Below the pieces are notes generated by a model, which was not told the DNA's origin, searched no databases, and worked only from the letters and a program-made list of their open reading frames with translations. The translations under genes and the position numbers were made by a program. Of a stretch of DNA of 64,000 bases, positions 1 to 13,497 are shown piece by piece; position 1 is the stretch's first letter, and each line of letters opens with the position of its first letter. This DNA is from Octopus vulgaris (Eukaryota): positions 11,594,001 through 11,658,000 of the forward strand of contig OX597842.1 in assembly GCA_951406725.2 (NCBI GenBank). Reading direction: 5' to 3'.

Positions 1-85
1 ATTTGGTAGACAGAAGCTAAAAGGAGGCCGTCGTATATACATGTATGTGTGTATGTGTGTGTGCGTGTGTGTGCGTGTGTATGTT

Positions 86-120
<35 letters not shown>

Positions 121-415
121 GTATAGGCGCACACACACGCATACACGCATATGTATACATACATACATACATACATTCTTACAATTTTTGTGTGTATGCG
201 AGTGTGTGTGTACACATGAGGGGGTACTTAAAAGTTCCTGGCTTTGGATGAAAGAAAATACCGAAGGATAGGTTAACCATGATTTTCTTTGTGTGTGTGT
301 GTGTGTTTCTATGTCTATGTGTATGTGTGTGTGTGTATGTGTGTGTGTGTTGTTTACAATGAATCGAAATAACGGTATTTATATACTGTAAACAAACACA
401 CACGCAAACATATCT

Positions 416-1080
416 TTGCGTGTGCCGGCTATTGTTGGAAGTGGAGTTGTGGTGTTGGTGTTGGTGGTGCTCTCAGCTGTGGCGGCGTTGGTGGTAGTGT
501 TGATGGCATTGTTGGAGGTGGCCGCGGTTGTGGTTGTGGTGGTGTTGGTGGTTATGGGAGTGGTGGTTGTTGTGGTCGTGATGGTTGTGGTGGTGTTGGT
601 GGTGCTGGGAGTGGTGGGAGTGGTGGTGGTGGTGGTGCTGGGAGTGGTGGTGGTTGTGGTCGTGATGGTTGTGCTAGTGGTGGTGCTGGGAGTGGTGGGA
701 GTGGTGGTGGTGGTGGTGCTGGGTGTGGTGGTGGTTGTGGTCGTGATGGTTGTGCTAGTGGTGGTGCTGGGAGTGGTGGTGGTGGTGGTGGTGGTGGTGG
801 TTGAGTTGGTGATGGTGATTGTGATGGTGGTTGTGTGTCGCTATGGTGTGGGTGGTTGTGGTGATGGTGGTGGTGGTGGTGGTGGTGGTGGTGTTGGTGG
901 TGGTGCAGGTAGTAGTGGCGGTGGTAGTGTCTGCAGTAGCTCTGATGGTTGTTTATCTGTTGTTACTAGCGTTATTGTTGTTGTTATTTGTGGTGGTAGT
1001 GGTGGTCATGGTGGAACGGCGTCGGTTGCCGGGGGTGCTGGTGTTTTTGATGTTGGTGATGTTGGTAGAAATGTTTTAGT
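416..1080. repeat. Degenerate (GGT/GTG)n trinucleotide microsatellite
   Basis: Visible triplet repeat; explains the poly-Val/poly-Gly ORFs. Confidence 0.95.
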
Positions 1081-1450
1081 GGTGCCGTTTATGTTAAACT
1101 GCGGCCATGCTGGAGCACAAATCTCACTTGTCTGCTCAATCAAATCAAATTGACTCATTCCGTCAATCCCGTTTTGCCGAAACGCTAGCTAACGGGGGAA
1201 GGTAAACAAATCCATCGGGTGAACGAGCAATGAGATGCAGACATAAACACGCATGGACACACGGACACACAGACGTGCAGAAACGCAAGCAAATACATGA
1301 ACGTGTGTGTGTGAGATAGAGTGATAGACACAGACAGATAAATGGCGACAGGTTGAAAGGAAGTGCGCAAAACCGGAAACCAAATGCAAACAGAACAAGC
1401 AGAGTGTCCACCACTCGTCAGGATACACATATATACACACACACACACAC

Positions 1451-1504
<54 letters not shown>

Positions 1505-1516
1505 CATGTATATATA

Positions 1517-2360
1517 TGCGCAGGAGTCGCTGTGTGGTAAGTAGCTTGTTTACCAGCCACATGGTTCCGGGTTCAGTCCACTGCGTGGCACCTTGGGCAA
1601 GTGTCTTCTACTATAGCCTCGGGCCGACCAAAGCCTTGTGAGTGGATTTGGTAGACGGAAACTGAAAGAAGCCCGTCGTATATATATATATATATATATC
1701 AGGGGTGGCTGTGTGGTAAGTAGCTTGTTTACCAACCACAGGGTTCCGGGTTCAGTCCCACTGCGTGACACCTTGGGCAAGTGTCTTCTACTATAGCCTC
1801 GGGCCGACCAAAGCCTTGTGAGTGGATTTGGTAGACGGAAACTGAAAGAAGCCCGTCGTATATATGTATATATATATATATGTATGTGTGTTTGTGTGTC
1901 TGTGTTTGTCCCCCTAGCATTGCTTGACAACCGATGCTGGTGTGTTTACGTCCCCGCGGCAGTGACTGCGTGGTAAGTAGCTTGCTTACCAACCACATGG
2001 TTCCGGGTTCAATCCCACTGCGTGGCACCTTGGGCAAGTGTCTTCTACTATAGCCTCGGGCTGACCAAAGCCTTGTGAGTGGATTTGGTAGACGGAAACT
2101 GAAAGAAGCCCGTCGTATATATGTATATATATATATATGTATGTGTGTTTGTGTGTCTGTGTTTGTCCCCCTAGCATTGCTTGACAACCGATGCTGGTGT
2201 GTTTACGTCCCCGTCACTTAGCGGTTCGGCAAAAATAGACCGATAGAATAAGTACTGGGCTTACGAAAGAATGAGTCCCGGGGTCGATTTGCTCGACTAA
2301 AGGCGGTGCTCCAGCATGGCCGCAGTCAAATGACTGAAACAAGTAAAAGAGTAAAAGAGT
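1517..2360 (+). mobile_element. SINE family A array: three 5' modules plus one complete 3' module
   Basis: Heads near 1517, 1700 and 1960 with A-box-like TGGCTGTGTGG, B-box-like GGTTCAGTCCC and CORE-like ACCTTGGGCAAGTG; internal (TA)n(TG)n; tail (AAAAGAGT)n. Confidence 0.9.
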
Positions 2361-2385
2361 ATATATGTAGCGTGTGTTATATATA

Positions 2386-2580
2386 CAGTAATCCGTCGCC
2401 ATGTTGCGGTTCACCTATCGCGCACTCTGTACATCGCCGATTTTTCTGGCTAATATACGTAAATTTATATCGCGGTCTCCTCAGTATATCGCGGGTTTCT
2501 ACGGACGATAGTTATTCAGATTTTTTTTTAGATTTTAATTATCTCTTTTTATAGGATTTTGAACGTAGCACCCGCGATAG
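2386..2580. mobile_element. Probable Tc1/mariner-pogo (Tigger-like) MITE relic
   Basis: Starts TA-CAGTAATCC, followed by repeated ATCGCG/CGCGG motifs typical of such MITEs; right end not resolved. Confidence 0.35.
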
Positions 2581-2592
2581 TTGTGGGATTGG

Positions 2593-2659
<67 letters not shown>

Positions 2660-2671
2660 GTGTGTGTGTAT

Positions 2672-3045
2672 AGGCGTAGGAGTGGCTTTGTGTAAGTAGC
2701 TTGCTTCCAACCACATGGTTCCGGGTTCAATCCCATTGTGTGGCACCTTGGCCAAGTGTTTTCTACTATAGCCTCGGGTCGACCAAAGCCTTGCGAGTGG
2801 ATTTGGTAGACGGAAACTGAAAGAAGCCCGTCATATATATATATATTGTATGTGTATGTGTTTGTGTGTCAGTGTTTGTCTCCCCGGTGCTGGTGTGTTA
2901 CCGTCCCCGTAAGTTAGCGGTTCGGTAAAAGAGACCGATAGAATAATTACTAGGCTTACAAAGAATAAGTCCTGGGGTCGATTTGCTCGACTAAAGGCGG
3001 TGCTCCTTATGGCCGCAGTCAAATGACTGAAGCAAGTAAAAGAGT
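2672..3045 (+). mobile_element. SINE family A, full length
   Basis: Same head, TA/TG linker and 3' module as the other copies. Confidence 0.9.
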
Positions 3046-3104
3046 ATGTATGTATGTATGCATGCATGTATGCAGGTACGTGTATAAGACTGCATATCAA
3101 TATG

Positions 3105-3351
3105 CATTGACCAGTCCATCAGATGTAGTTACACATCGCTGGTCACAATGCGTTCGCATTGTTTTAGCCTTCGAATGACGCCACCCTGCTGGCTAAGCGA
3201 GCAGGCCAACAGAAGAAAGAGTGGTGAAAGAGTACAGCAGGGAGCACCACCCCCTGCCGGAGCCTCGTGGAGCTTTTAGGTCTGGGAATCGAAACCGCGA
3301 TCCTACCACCGCGAATCCGCTGCCCTAACCCCTGGGCCATTGCGCCTCCAC
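3105..3351 (-). mobile_element. SINE family B head with alternative 3' tail
   Basis: 3220-3351 is the reverse complement of the family B tRNA-like head (cf. 26704); 3105-3215 does not match the tail at 26880-27080. Confidence 0.8.
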
Positions 3352-3419
<68 letters not shown>

Positions 3420-3562
3420 GTATCTCCATATTCACGTACATCTATGTAAATATATATATATATATGTAAATTCACGTACATCCATATATATACCTATATA
3501 CAAAATATATGCTGGTTTCCACGAAGAGAGGTAGAATTTTATACCATTTAATCTCTCTCCGG

Positions 3563-3605
<43 letters not shown>

Positions 3606-4113
3606 TTATTATGTCGTACGGTCGCATTTTATATCCTCTACTTGCAGCAGAACTCTACCTATCCGTATTCTTGGTAAATATAATTTCCCAAAGTCTGCTT
3701 TTAATACTCTCATTATTCCTCCGTATTTCTCTCCTCTACACGTACAAATTGACTTAACTTCCAGTTGAGAATATTAAACCTATAGTTTTTCAGAAGCACC
3801 ACTAAAGCATTAATGCCTATTACTCGGTTTTATGTACTTACATCTCTTTTAAGCATAATCTAATGCGTCTATCGCATTCATTTGTAACCGCTTCTTTCAT
3901 TTCTATATGTTCTACTCGTTGTACACCATCAATTCCTATCTATGCTTAAGTTTCTATTTACGCTCATTCTCACTCGCGTTGCTGTATAAAACATGTTATT
4001 AGTCGGGCTTTTTTCTTTTATTAATAATAATTTTTTTCTGTCTTTAATGTTGTCTAGGAACATTTTTCCAAAACGAATTTCGTATCAACTACTCTGATGG
4101 AGCCGTGAACTTT

Positions 4114-7100
4114 CTGTAGTAGGGTTTCTAGCAACTATTTCGCCTTTCATCTATTATCTTTCATCTGCCAGTCGATTCCGTCATCTGACCGCGGCCAAGC
4201 TGGGGCACCACCTTGAATGGTTTTAGTCGAATTGATCGACACGAGTATTTTGCTTTTTGTAAGTTTGGAACTTAATTTATCAGTCTTTTTTGCTGAACCA
4301 CCAGATTACAGAACGTAAACAAACCCACACTGTAGTAGGGTTTCTAGCAACTCTTTCACCTTTCATCATTTATCTTTCATCTTCACTCGATTCCGTCATC
4401 TGACCACGGCCAAGCTGGGGCACCACCTTGAATGGTTTTAGTCGAACTGATCGACACGAGTATTTTGCTTTTTGTAAGTTTGGAACTTATTGTATCAGTC
4501 TTTTTTGCTGAACCACCAGATTACAGAACGTAAACAAACCCACACTGTAGTAGGGTTTCTAGCAACTCTTTCACCTTTCATCTATTATCTTTCATCTGCC
4601 AGTCGATTCCGTCATCTGACCACGGCCAAGCTGGGGCACCACCTTGAATGGTTTTAGTCGAACTGATCGACACGAGTATTTTGCTTTTTGTAAGTTTGGA
4701 ACTTATTGTATCAGTCTTTTTTGCTGAACCACCAGATTACAGAACGTAAACAAACCCACACTGTAGTAGGGTTTCTAGCAACTCTTTCACCTTTCATCTA
4801 TTATCTTTCATCTGCCACTCGATTCCGTCATCTGACCACGGCCAAGCTGGGGCACCACCTTGAATGGTTTTAGTCGAACTGATCGACACGAGTATTTTGC
4901 TTTTTGTAAGTTTGGAACTTATTGTATCAGTCTTTTTTGCTGAACCACCAGATTACAGAACGTAAACAAACCCACACTGTAGTAGGGTTTCTAGCAACTC
5001 TTTCACCTTTCATCTATTATCTTTCATCTGCCAGTCGATTCCGTCATCTGACCACGGCCAAGCTGGGGCACCACCTTGAATGGTTTTAGTCGAACTGATC
5101 GACACGAGTATTTTGCTTTTTGTAAGTTTGGAACTTATTGTATCAGTCTTTTTTGCTGAACCACCAGATTACAGAACGTAAACAAACCCACACTGTAGTA
5201 GGGTTTCTAGCAACTCTTTCACCTTTCATCTATTATCTTTCATCTGCCACTCGATTCCGTCATCTGACCACGGCCAAGCTGGGGCACCACCTTGAATGGT
5301 TTTAGTCGAACTGATCGACACGAGTATTTTGCTTTTTGTAAGTTTGGAACTTATTGTATCAGTCTTTTTTGCTGAACCACCAGATTACAGAACGTAAACA
5401 AACCCACACTGTAGTAGGGTTTCTAGCAACTCTTTCACCTTTCATCTATTATCTTTCATCTTCCACTCGATTCCGTCATCTGACCACGGCCAAGCTGGGG
5501 CACCACCTTGAATGGTTTTAGTCGAACTGATCGACACGAGTATTTTGCTTTTTGTAAGTTTGGAACTTATTGTATCAGTCTTTTTTTGCTGAACCACCAG
5601 ATTACAGAACGTAAACAAACCCACACTGTAGTAGGGTTTCTAGCAACTCTTTCACCTTTCATCTATTATCTTTCATCTTCCACTCGATTCCGTCATCTGA
5701 CCACGGCCAAGCTGGGGCACCACCTTGAATGGTTTTAGTCGAACTGATCGACACGAGTATTTTGCTTTTTGTAAGTTTGGAACTTATTGTATCAGTCTTT
5801 TTTGCTGAACCACCAGATTACAGAACGTAAACAAACCCACACTGTAGTAGGGTTTCTAGCAACTCTTTCACCTTTCATCTATTATCTTTCATCTGCCACT
5901 CGATTCCGTCATCTGACCACGGCCAAGCTGGGGCACCACCTTGAATGGTTTTTAGTCGAACTGATCGACACGAGTATTTTGCTTTTTGTAAGTTTGGAAC
6001 TTATTGTATCAGTCTTTTTTGCTGAACCACCAGATTACAGAACGTAAACAAACCCACACTGTAGTAGGGTTTCTAGCAACTCTTTCACCTTTCATCTATT
6101 ATCTTTCATCTTCCACTCGATTCCGTCATCTGACCACGGCCAAGCTGGGGCACCACCTTGAATGGTTTTAGTCGAACTGATCGACACGAGTATTTTGCTT
6201 TTTGTAAGTTTGGAACTTATTGTATCAGTCTTTTTTGCTGAACCACCAGATTACAGAACGTAAACAAACCCACACTGTAGTAGGGTTTCTAGCAACTCTT
6301 TCACCTTTCATCTATTATCTTTCATCTTCCACTCGATTCCGTCATCTGACCACGGCCAAGCTGGGGCACCACCTTGAATGGTTTTAGTCGAACTGATCGA
6401 CACGAGTATTTTGCTTTTGTAAGTTTGGAACTTATTGTATCAGTCTTTTTTGCTGAACCACCAGATTACAGAACGTAAACAAACCCACACTGTAGTAGGG
6501 TTTCTAGCAACTCTTTCACCTTTCATCTATTATCTTTCATCTGCCAGTCGATTCCGTCATCTGACCGCGGCCAAGCTGGGGCACCACCTTGAATGGTTTT
6601 AGTCGAATTGATCGACACGAGTATTTTGCTTTTTGTAAGTTTGGAACTTAATTGTATCAGTCTTTTTTTGCTGAACCACCAGATTACAGAACGTAAACAA
6701 ACCGACACTGTAGTAGGGTTTCTAGCAACTCTTTCACCTTTCATCATTTATCTTTCATCTTCCACTCGATTCCGTCATCTGACCACGGCCAAGCTGGGGC
6801 ACCACCTTGAATGGTTTTAGTCGAACTGATCGACACGAGTATTTTGCTTTTTGTAAGTTTGGAACTTATTGTATCAGTCTTTTTTTGCTGAACCACCAGA
6901 TTACAGAACGTAAACAAACCCACACTGTAGTAGGGTTTCTAGCAACTATTTCACCTTTCATCTATTATCTTTCATCTGCCACTCGATTCCGTCATCTGAC
7001 CACGGCCAAGCTGGGGCACCACCTTGAATGGTTTTAGTCGAACTGATCGACACGAGTATTTTGCTTTTTGTAAGTTTGGAACTTATTGTATCAGTCTTTT

Positions 7101-9960
7101 TTGCTGAACCACCAGATTACAGAACGTAAACAAACCCACACTGTAGTAGGGTTTCTAGCAACTCTTTCACCTTTCATCTATTATCTTTCATCTGCCACTC
7201 GATTCCGTCATCTGACCACGGCCAAGCTGGGGCACCACCTTGAATGGTTTTAGTCGAACTGATCGACACGAGTATTTTGCTTTTTGTAAGTTTGGAACTT
7301 ATTGTATCAGTCTTTTTTGCTGAACCACCAGATTACAGAACGTAAACAAACCCACACTGTAGTAGGGTTTCTAGCAACTCTTTCACCTTTCATCTATTAT
7401 CTTTCATCTTCCACTCGATTCCGTCATCTGACCACGGCCAAGCTGGGGCACCACCTTGAATGGTTTTAGTCGAACTGATCGACACGAGTATTTTGCTTTT
7501 TGTAAGTTTGGAACTTATTGTATCAGTCTTTTTTGCTGAACCACCAGATTACAGAACGTAAACAAACCCACACTGTAGTAGGGTTTCTAGCAACTCTTTC
7601 ACCTTTCATCTATTATCTTTCATCTGCCACTCGATTCCGTCATCTGACCACGGCCAAGCTGGGGCACCACCTTGAATGGTTTTAGTCGAACTGATCGACA
7701 CGAGTATTTTGCTTTTTGTAAGTTTGGAACTTATTGTATCAGTCTTTTTTGCTGAACCACCAGATTACAGAACGTAAACAAACCGACACTGTAGTAGGGT
7801 TTCTAGCAACTCTTTCACCTTTCATCTATTATCTTTCATCTGCCACTCGATTCCGTCATCTGACCACGGCCAAGCTGGGGCACCACCTTGAATGGTTTTT
7901 AGTCGAACTGATCGACACGAGTATTTTGCTTTTTGTAAGTTTGGAACTTATTGTATCAGTCTTTTTTGCTGAACCACCAGATTACAGAACGTAAACAAAC
8001 CCACACTGTAGTAGGGTTTCTAGCAACTCTTTCACCTTTCATCTATTATCTTTCATCTTCCACTCGATTCCGTCATCTGACCACGGCCAAGCTGGGGCAC
8101 CACCTTGAATGGTTTTAGTCGAACTGATCGACACGAGTATTTTGCTTTTTGTAAGTTTGGAACTTATTGTATCAGTCTTTTTTGCTGAACCACCAGATTA
8201 CAGAACGTAAACAAACCCACACTGTAGTAGGGTTTCTAGCAACTCTTTCACCTTTCATCTATTATCTTTCATCTGCCACTCGATTCCGTCATCTGACCAC
8301 GGCCAAGCTGGGGCGCCACCTTGAATGGTTTTTAGTCGAACTGTTCGACACGAGTATTTTGCTTTCTGTAAGTTTGGAACTTATTGTATCAGTCTTTTTT
8401 GCTGAACCACCAGATTACAGAACGTAAACAAACCCACACTGTAGTAGGGTTTCTAGCAACTCTTTCACCTTTCATCTATTATCTTTCATCTTCCACTCGA
8501 TTCCGTCATCTGACCACGGCCAAGCTGGGGCACCACCTTGAATGGTTTTTAGTCGAACTGATCGACACGAGTATTTTGCTTTTTGTAAGTTTGGAACTTA
8601 TTGTATCAGTCTTTTTTGCTGAACCACCAGATTACAGAACGTAAACAAACCCACACTGTAGTAGGGTTTCTAGCAACTCTTTCACCTTTCATCTATTATC
8701 TTTCATCTGCCAGTCGATTCCGTCATCTGACCACGGCCAAGCTGGGGCACCACCTTGAATGGTTTTAGTCGAACTGATCGACACGAGTATTTTGCTTTTT
8801 GTAAGTTTGGAACTTATTGTATCAGTCTTTTTTGCTGAACCACCAGATTACAGAACGTAAACAAACCCACACTGTAGTAGGGTTTCTAGCAACTCTTTCA
8901 CCTTTCATCTATTATCTTTCATCTGCCAGTCGATTCCGTCATCTGACCACGGCCAAGCTGGGGCACCACCTTGAATGGTTTTAGTCGAACTGATCGACAC
9001 GAGTATTTTGCTTTTTGTAAGTTTGGAACTTATTGTATCAGTCTTTTTGCTGAACCACCAGATTACAGAACGTAAACAAACCCACACTGTAGTAGGGTTT
9101 CTAGCAACTCTTTCACCTTTCATCTATTATCTTTCATCTGCCAGTCGATTCTGTCATCTGACCACGGCCAAGCTGGGGCACCACCTTGAATGGTTTTAGT
9201 CGAACTGATCGACACGAGTATTTTGCTTTTTGTAAGTTTGGAACTTATTGTATCAGTCTTTTTTGCTGAACCACCAGGTTACAGAACGTAAACAAACCCA
9301 CACTGTAGTAGGGTTTCTAGCAACTCTTTCACCTTTCATCTATTATCTTTCATCTGCCACTCGATTCCGTCATCTGACCACGGCCAAGCTGGGGCACCAC
9401 CTTGAATGGTTTTAGTCGAACTGTTCGACACGAGTATTTTGCTTTCTGTAAGTTTGGAACTTATTGTATCAGTCTTTTTTGCTGAACCACCAGATTACAG
9501 AACGTAAACAAACCCACACTGTAGTAGGGTTTCTAGCAACTCTTTCACCTTTTATCTATTATCTTTCATCTTCCACTCGATTCCGTCATCTGACCACGGC
9601 CAAGCTGGGGCACCACCTTGAATGGTTTTAGTCGAACTGTGACACGAGTCGAACTGATTGACACGAGTATTTTTAAGTTTGGAACTTATTGTATCAGTCT
9701 TTTTTGCTGAACCACCAGATTACAGAACGTAAACAAACCCACACTGTAGTAGGGTTTCTAGCAACTCTTTCACCTTTCATCTATTATCTTCCATCTGCTA
9801 GTCGATTCCGTCATCTGACCACGGCCAAGCTGGGGCACCACTTTGAATGGATTTAGTCGAACTGATCGACACGAGTATTTTGCTTTTTGTAAGTTTGGAA
9901 CTTATTGTATCAGTCTTTTTTGCTGAACCACCAGATTACAGAACGTAAACAAACCCACAC
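4114..9960. repeat. Tandem satellite, 27 units of ~216 bp, derived from the SINE A 3' module
   Basis: CTGTAGTAGGGTTTCTAGC recurs at 4114, 4330, 4545, 4761, 4977 ... ~9744; units are nearly identical. Confidence 0.97.
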
Positions 9961-10009
9961 TGGTTGTCAGTAGAGGACTCCTGCCTGAAGTGCTGCACAG
10001 TCCGACTGA

Positions 10010-10410
10010 AGGCGCAGGAGTGGCTGTGTGGTAAGTAGCATGCTAACCAACCACATGGTTCCGGGTTCAGTCCCACTGCGTGGCATCTTGGGCAAGTTTC
10101 TTCTGCTATAGCCCCGGGCCGACCAATGCCTTGTGAGTGAATTTGGTAGACGGAAACTGAAAGAAGCCTGTCGTATATATATATATGTGTGTGTATGTGT
10201 TTGTGTGTCTCTGTTTGTCCCCCTAGCTTTGCTTGACAACCGATGCTGGTGTGTTTACGTCCCCGTCACTTAGCGGTTCGGCAAAAGAGACCGATAGAAT
10301 AAGTACTGGGCTTACAAAGAATAAGTCCCGGGGTCGATTTGCTCGACTAAAGGCGGTGCTCCAGCATGGCCGCAGTCAAATGACTGAAACAAGTAAAAGA
10401 GAAAAAGAGA
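10010..10410 (+). mobile_element. SINE family A, full length
   Basis: GGCGCAGGAGTGGCTGTGTGG head through ...GACTGAAACAAGTAAAAGA tail. Confidence 0.92.
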
Positions 10411-10467
10411 AACCTAAGGTTACATGTTTGGGAAGCGAGCCTGTTATCCACGCAGCCACGCTGGAGC

Positions 10468-10683
10468 ATTGGCAGAATCGTTAGCACGCCGGGCAAAATG
10501 CTTAGCGGCGTTTCGTCCGGCTATACGTTCTGAATTTAAATTCCACTGAGATCGATTTTGTCTTTCATCCTTTGGATTCGATAAAATAAATACCCGTGCA
10601 ACACTGGGGTCGATTTAATTCACTTGCCCCTCCCGCCCACCCCAAATTGCTAGCCTTGTGCCAAAATTAAAACTATTATTATT
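10468..10683 (+). mobile_element. SINE family C, decayed, short (ATT)n tail
   Basis: GGCAGAATCGTTAGCACGCCGGGC head; CTTTCATCCTTT..TCGATAAAATAA core. Confidence 0.8.
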
Positions 10684-10794
10684 TACTGTTAAGCTGCATG
10701 TGTGTTGTAATCACTCGCTGAGACACACCCAGCGTCCTGGGGCGAATAAAGGATAAGAGATGATAGAGTATGACTGAAAGTATTTATTTTCATC

Positions 10795-11072
10795 ACGTGT
10801 TTTAACTTCACTACCGAGCGCAGCTCTGTGTGCCTTGGGTATGTGCTGTGGTTTGTTCTGGTGCTCTTACTTTTACTGTATTGAAAGTGTTTTACGTAGA
10901 ATGTGTGCGGTGCCTAGTAGTTCTATTTTTTATATGTTATATATATTTGTAAGTCCTGGTGTTTTTGTTATGTATTTGTTTGAATATTTTTTATCATACC
11001 TAATACACCTACTATGATAGGAATTGTTTCTGTTTTTAGATTCCACATTCGAGTTACCTCTATTTACAGGTC

Positions 11073-11073
<1 letters not shown>
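10795..11073 (-). mobile_element. R4/Dong-type LINE family 1, decayed 3' end
   Basis: Diverged copy of 11142-11440. Confidence 0.85.
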
Positions 11074-11141
<68 letters not shown>

Positions 11142-11144
<3 letters not shown>

Positions 11145-11882
11145 TAGTTTTCTTTTTATCGCGTGCTTTCACTTCACTACCGAGCGCAGCTCTGTGTGCC
11201 TTGGGTATGTGCTGTGATTTGTTGTGATGCTCTGATGGTTATTGTATGGAAAGTGTTCGGCGTAGGATGTGTGCAGTGCCTAGTAGTGCAATTTTCTGTA
11301 TGTTATATGTGTTTGTAAGTCCTGGTGTTTTTGTTATGTATTTGTCTGAATATTTTTTTATCATACCTAATGTACCCACTATGATAGGAATTGTTCCTGC
11401 TTTTAGATTCCACATTCTGGTTACCTCTATTTCCAGGTCTTTGTATTTTGAAAGTTTCTCTATTTCTTTTAGAGACACGTTATCATCTGCCGGTATTGAT
11501 ACATCAATTAGAAAGCATTTTTTTTCTTCATGATCTCTGACAACTATATCTGGTCTGTTGGCCTTCACTTCTCTATCTGTGTGTATTGGCATATCCCAGA
11601 GTATGGTTGCTTTCTCGTTTTCTGTGACCTTTTCTGGTGTGTGCCTATACCATCTTTTTTCTGTTGTTATTCCATAATGTTGGCATAGCTTCCAATGTAT
11701 GTAGGTCCCAACTCTGTCATGTCTGTGAATATATTCCTTCTTAGCCAGGACTGGGCAGCTAGAGATAATATGATTTATTGTTTCTTGTCCATCTCCACAT
11801 ATTCTGCAGTTACTTGTAATATTTCTTTTTCATTACAAGTTTTTGGTAATTTCTGGTGGGGAGGCTTCGGCCTTGTGCTGCA

Positions 11883-11883
<1 letters not shown>
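11142..11883 (-). pseudogene. R4/Dong-type LINE family 1, 5'-truncated: zinc knuckle, restriction-like endonuclease and 3' UTR
   Basis: Minus strand reads IAAQGRSLPTRNYQK (1-nt frameshift near 11828) CRICGDGQETINHIISSC (CX2CX8HX4C), RHD, RPDIV..LIDV..K..KY.DL, stop at 11239; (TAA)n on both sides. Confidence 0.93.
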
Positions 11884-12440
<557 letters not shown>

Positions 12441-12441
<1 letters not shown>

Positions 12442-12702
12442 GAGTTAGAGAGCAGAGCATGCCATCAAAGTGACACTGGGGTACAAATATACGAAGCCCA
12501 GTATACCCATCATGACTACCCGTGTGATAAGGGTACACCAGGCACATGCATCACAACCATGTGTGCGCGACATGGTGATCTCATATCAAGATAAACAGCA
12601 CATGACCTTGCAGGTGGGGCCCAGGTAGAATTTTCTTCTGGTCGAGTAACCCATCCCGCTCAAAAGGTCCTTGAATTAGGATCGTTTAAGGATGTTGAAC
12701 GA
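12441..12702 (-). mobile_element. ~550 bp TAA-associated non-coding element, 5'-truncated copy
   Basis: Matches 48827-49085; the conserved end abuts (TTA)n. Confidence 0.9.
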
Positions 12703-12802
12703 AGCCGCCACCAAAATCCACCCCTCACCACCACCCATAACCACTACCATCATCATCATCATCGTTATCAACTGAACTATATATGAAATTATGAATTTAG
12801 TT

Positions 12803-12869
12803 CACGGACCTCAGGTACTACCTTTGCGGACCACCAGGGGTCCGCGGACCCCTAGTTGGGAACCACTGC
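12803..12869. mobile_element. hAT-like MITE terminal fragment
   Basis: GGTCCGCGGACC palindrome followed by TTGGGAACCACTG, the reverse complement of a CAGTGGTTCCCAA-type end. Confidence 0.55.
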
Positions 12870-12879
12870 ACTCGTGCAA

Positions 12880-13187
12880 TTCTGTCTCTCTTTTTCTCTC
12901 TCTCTCTCTCTTCCTCCCTTCTTCCTTCCTTTCTTTCTCTCTCCCTTCCTCCCTCTCTCTCTCCCTCTCTTTCTCTCTCTCTCTCTCTTCCTCCCTTCTT
13001 CCTTCCTTTCTTTCTCTCTCCCTTCCTCCCTCTCTCTCCCCCTCTCTCTTTCCCTCTTTCTCTCTCTCTCTCTTCCTCCCTTCTTCCTTCCTTTCTTTCT
13101 GTCTCCCGTCCTCCCTCTCTCTCTCCCCTCTCTCTCTTCCTCCCTCCGTCTCCCCCTCTCTCTCTCTTCCTCCCTCTCTCTGTCTCC

Positions 13188-13218
<31 letters not shown>
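12880..13218. repeat. CT-rich low-complexity tract with internal duplications
   Basis: Directly visible polypyrimidine repeat. Confidence 0.95.
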
Positions 13219-13497
13219 ACAGCACTGCCCCTACAGAAACGTTATTAGAATGTCGCTGTATACACAAACACAAACACACATCTTTGTCTCCAACTTCCCC
13301 CCCCCACTGTTACATCTTCATTCTATATGTCACCAGGAGACCCGCGGCGATGCCTGCGGCGGATCGTGACTTCATGGCGGCCCAAAGCAATCAACTAAAG
13401 CATGATACACATTGGCAATCTGTACCAGTTCCCGGGTGATGGTTGAATCAATATTTTTGTTGTATTTACTCTTTTGTTATAATCGTAAACGGGGCTA

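Noticed and set aside
1550-2187. Recurrent peptides such as [15 protein letters not shown] and [10 protein letters not shown] as a gene family
   Set aside because: Translations of SINE A; the frames are not conserved between copies.
4114-9960. CRISPR-like regular array, or repeated small ORFs
   Set aside because: Whole units are repeated with no unique spacers, there are no cas genes, the context is eukaryotic, and the ORFs shift with homopolymer indels.
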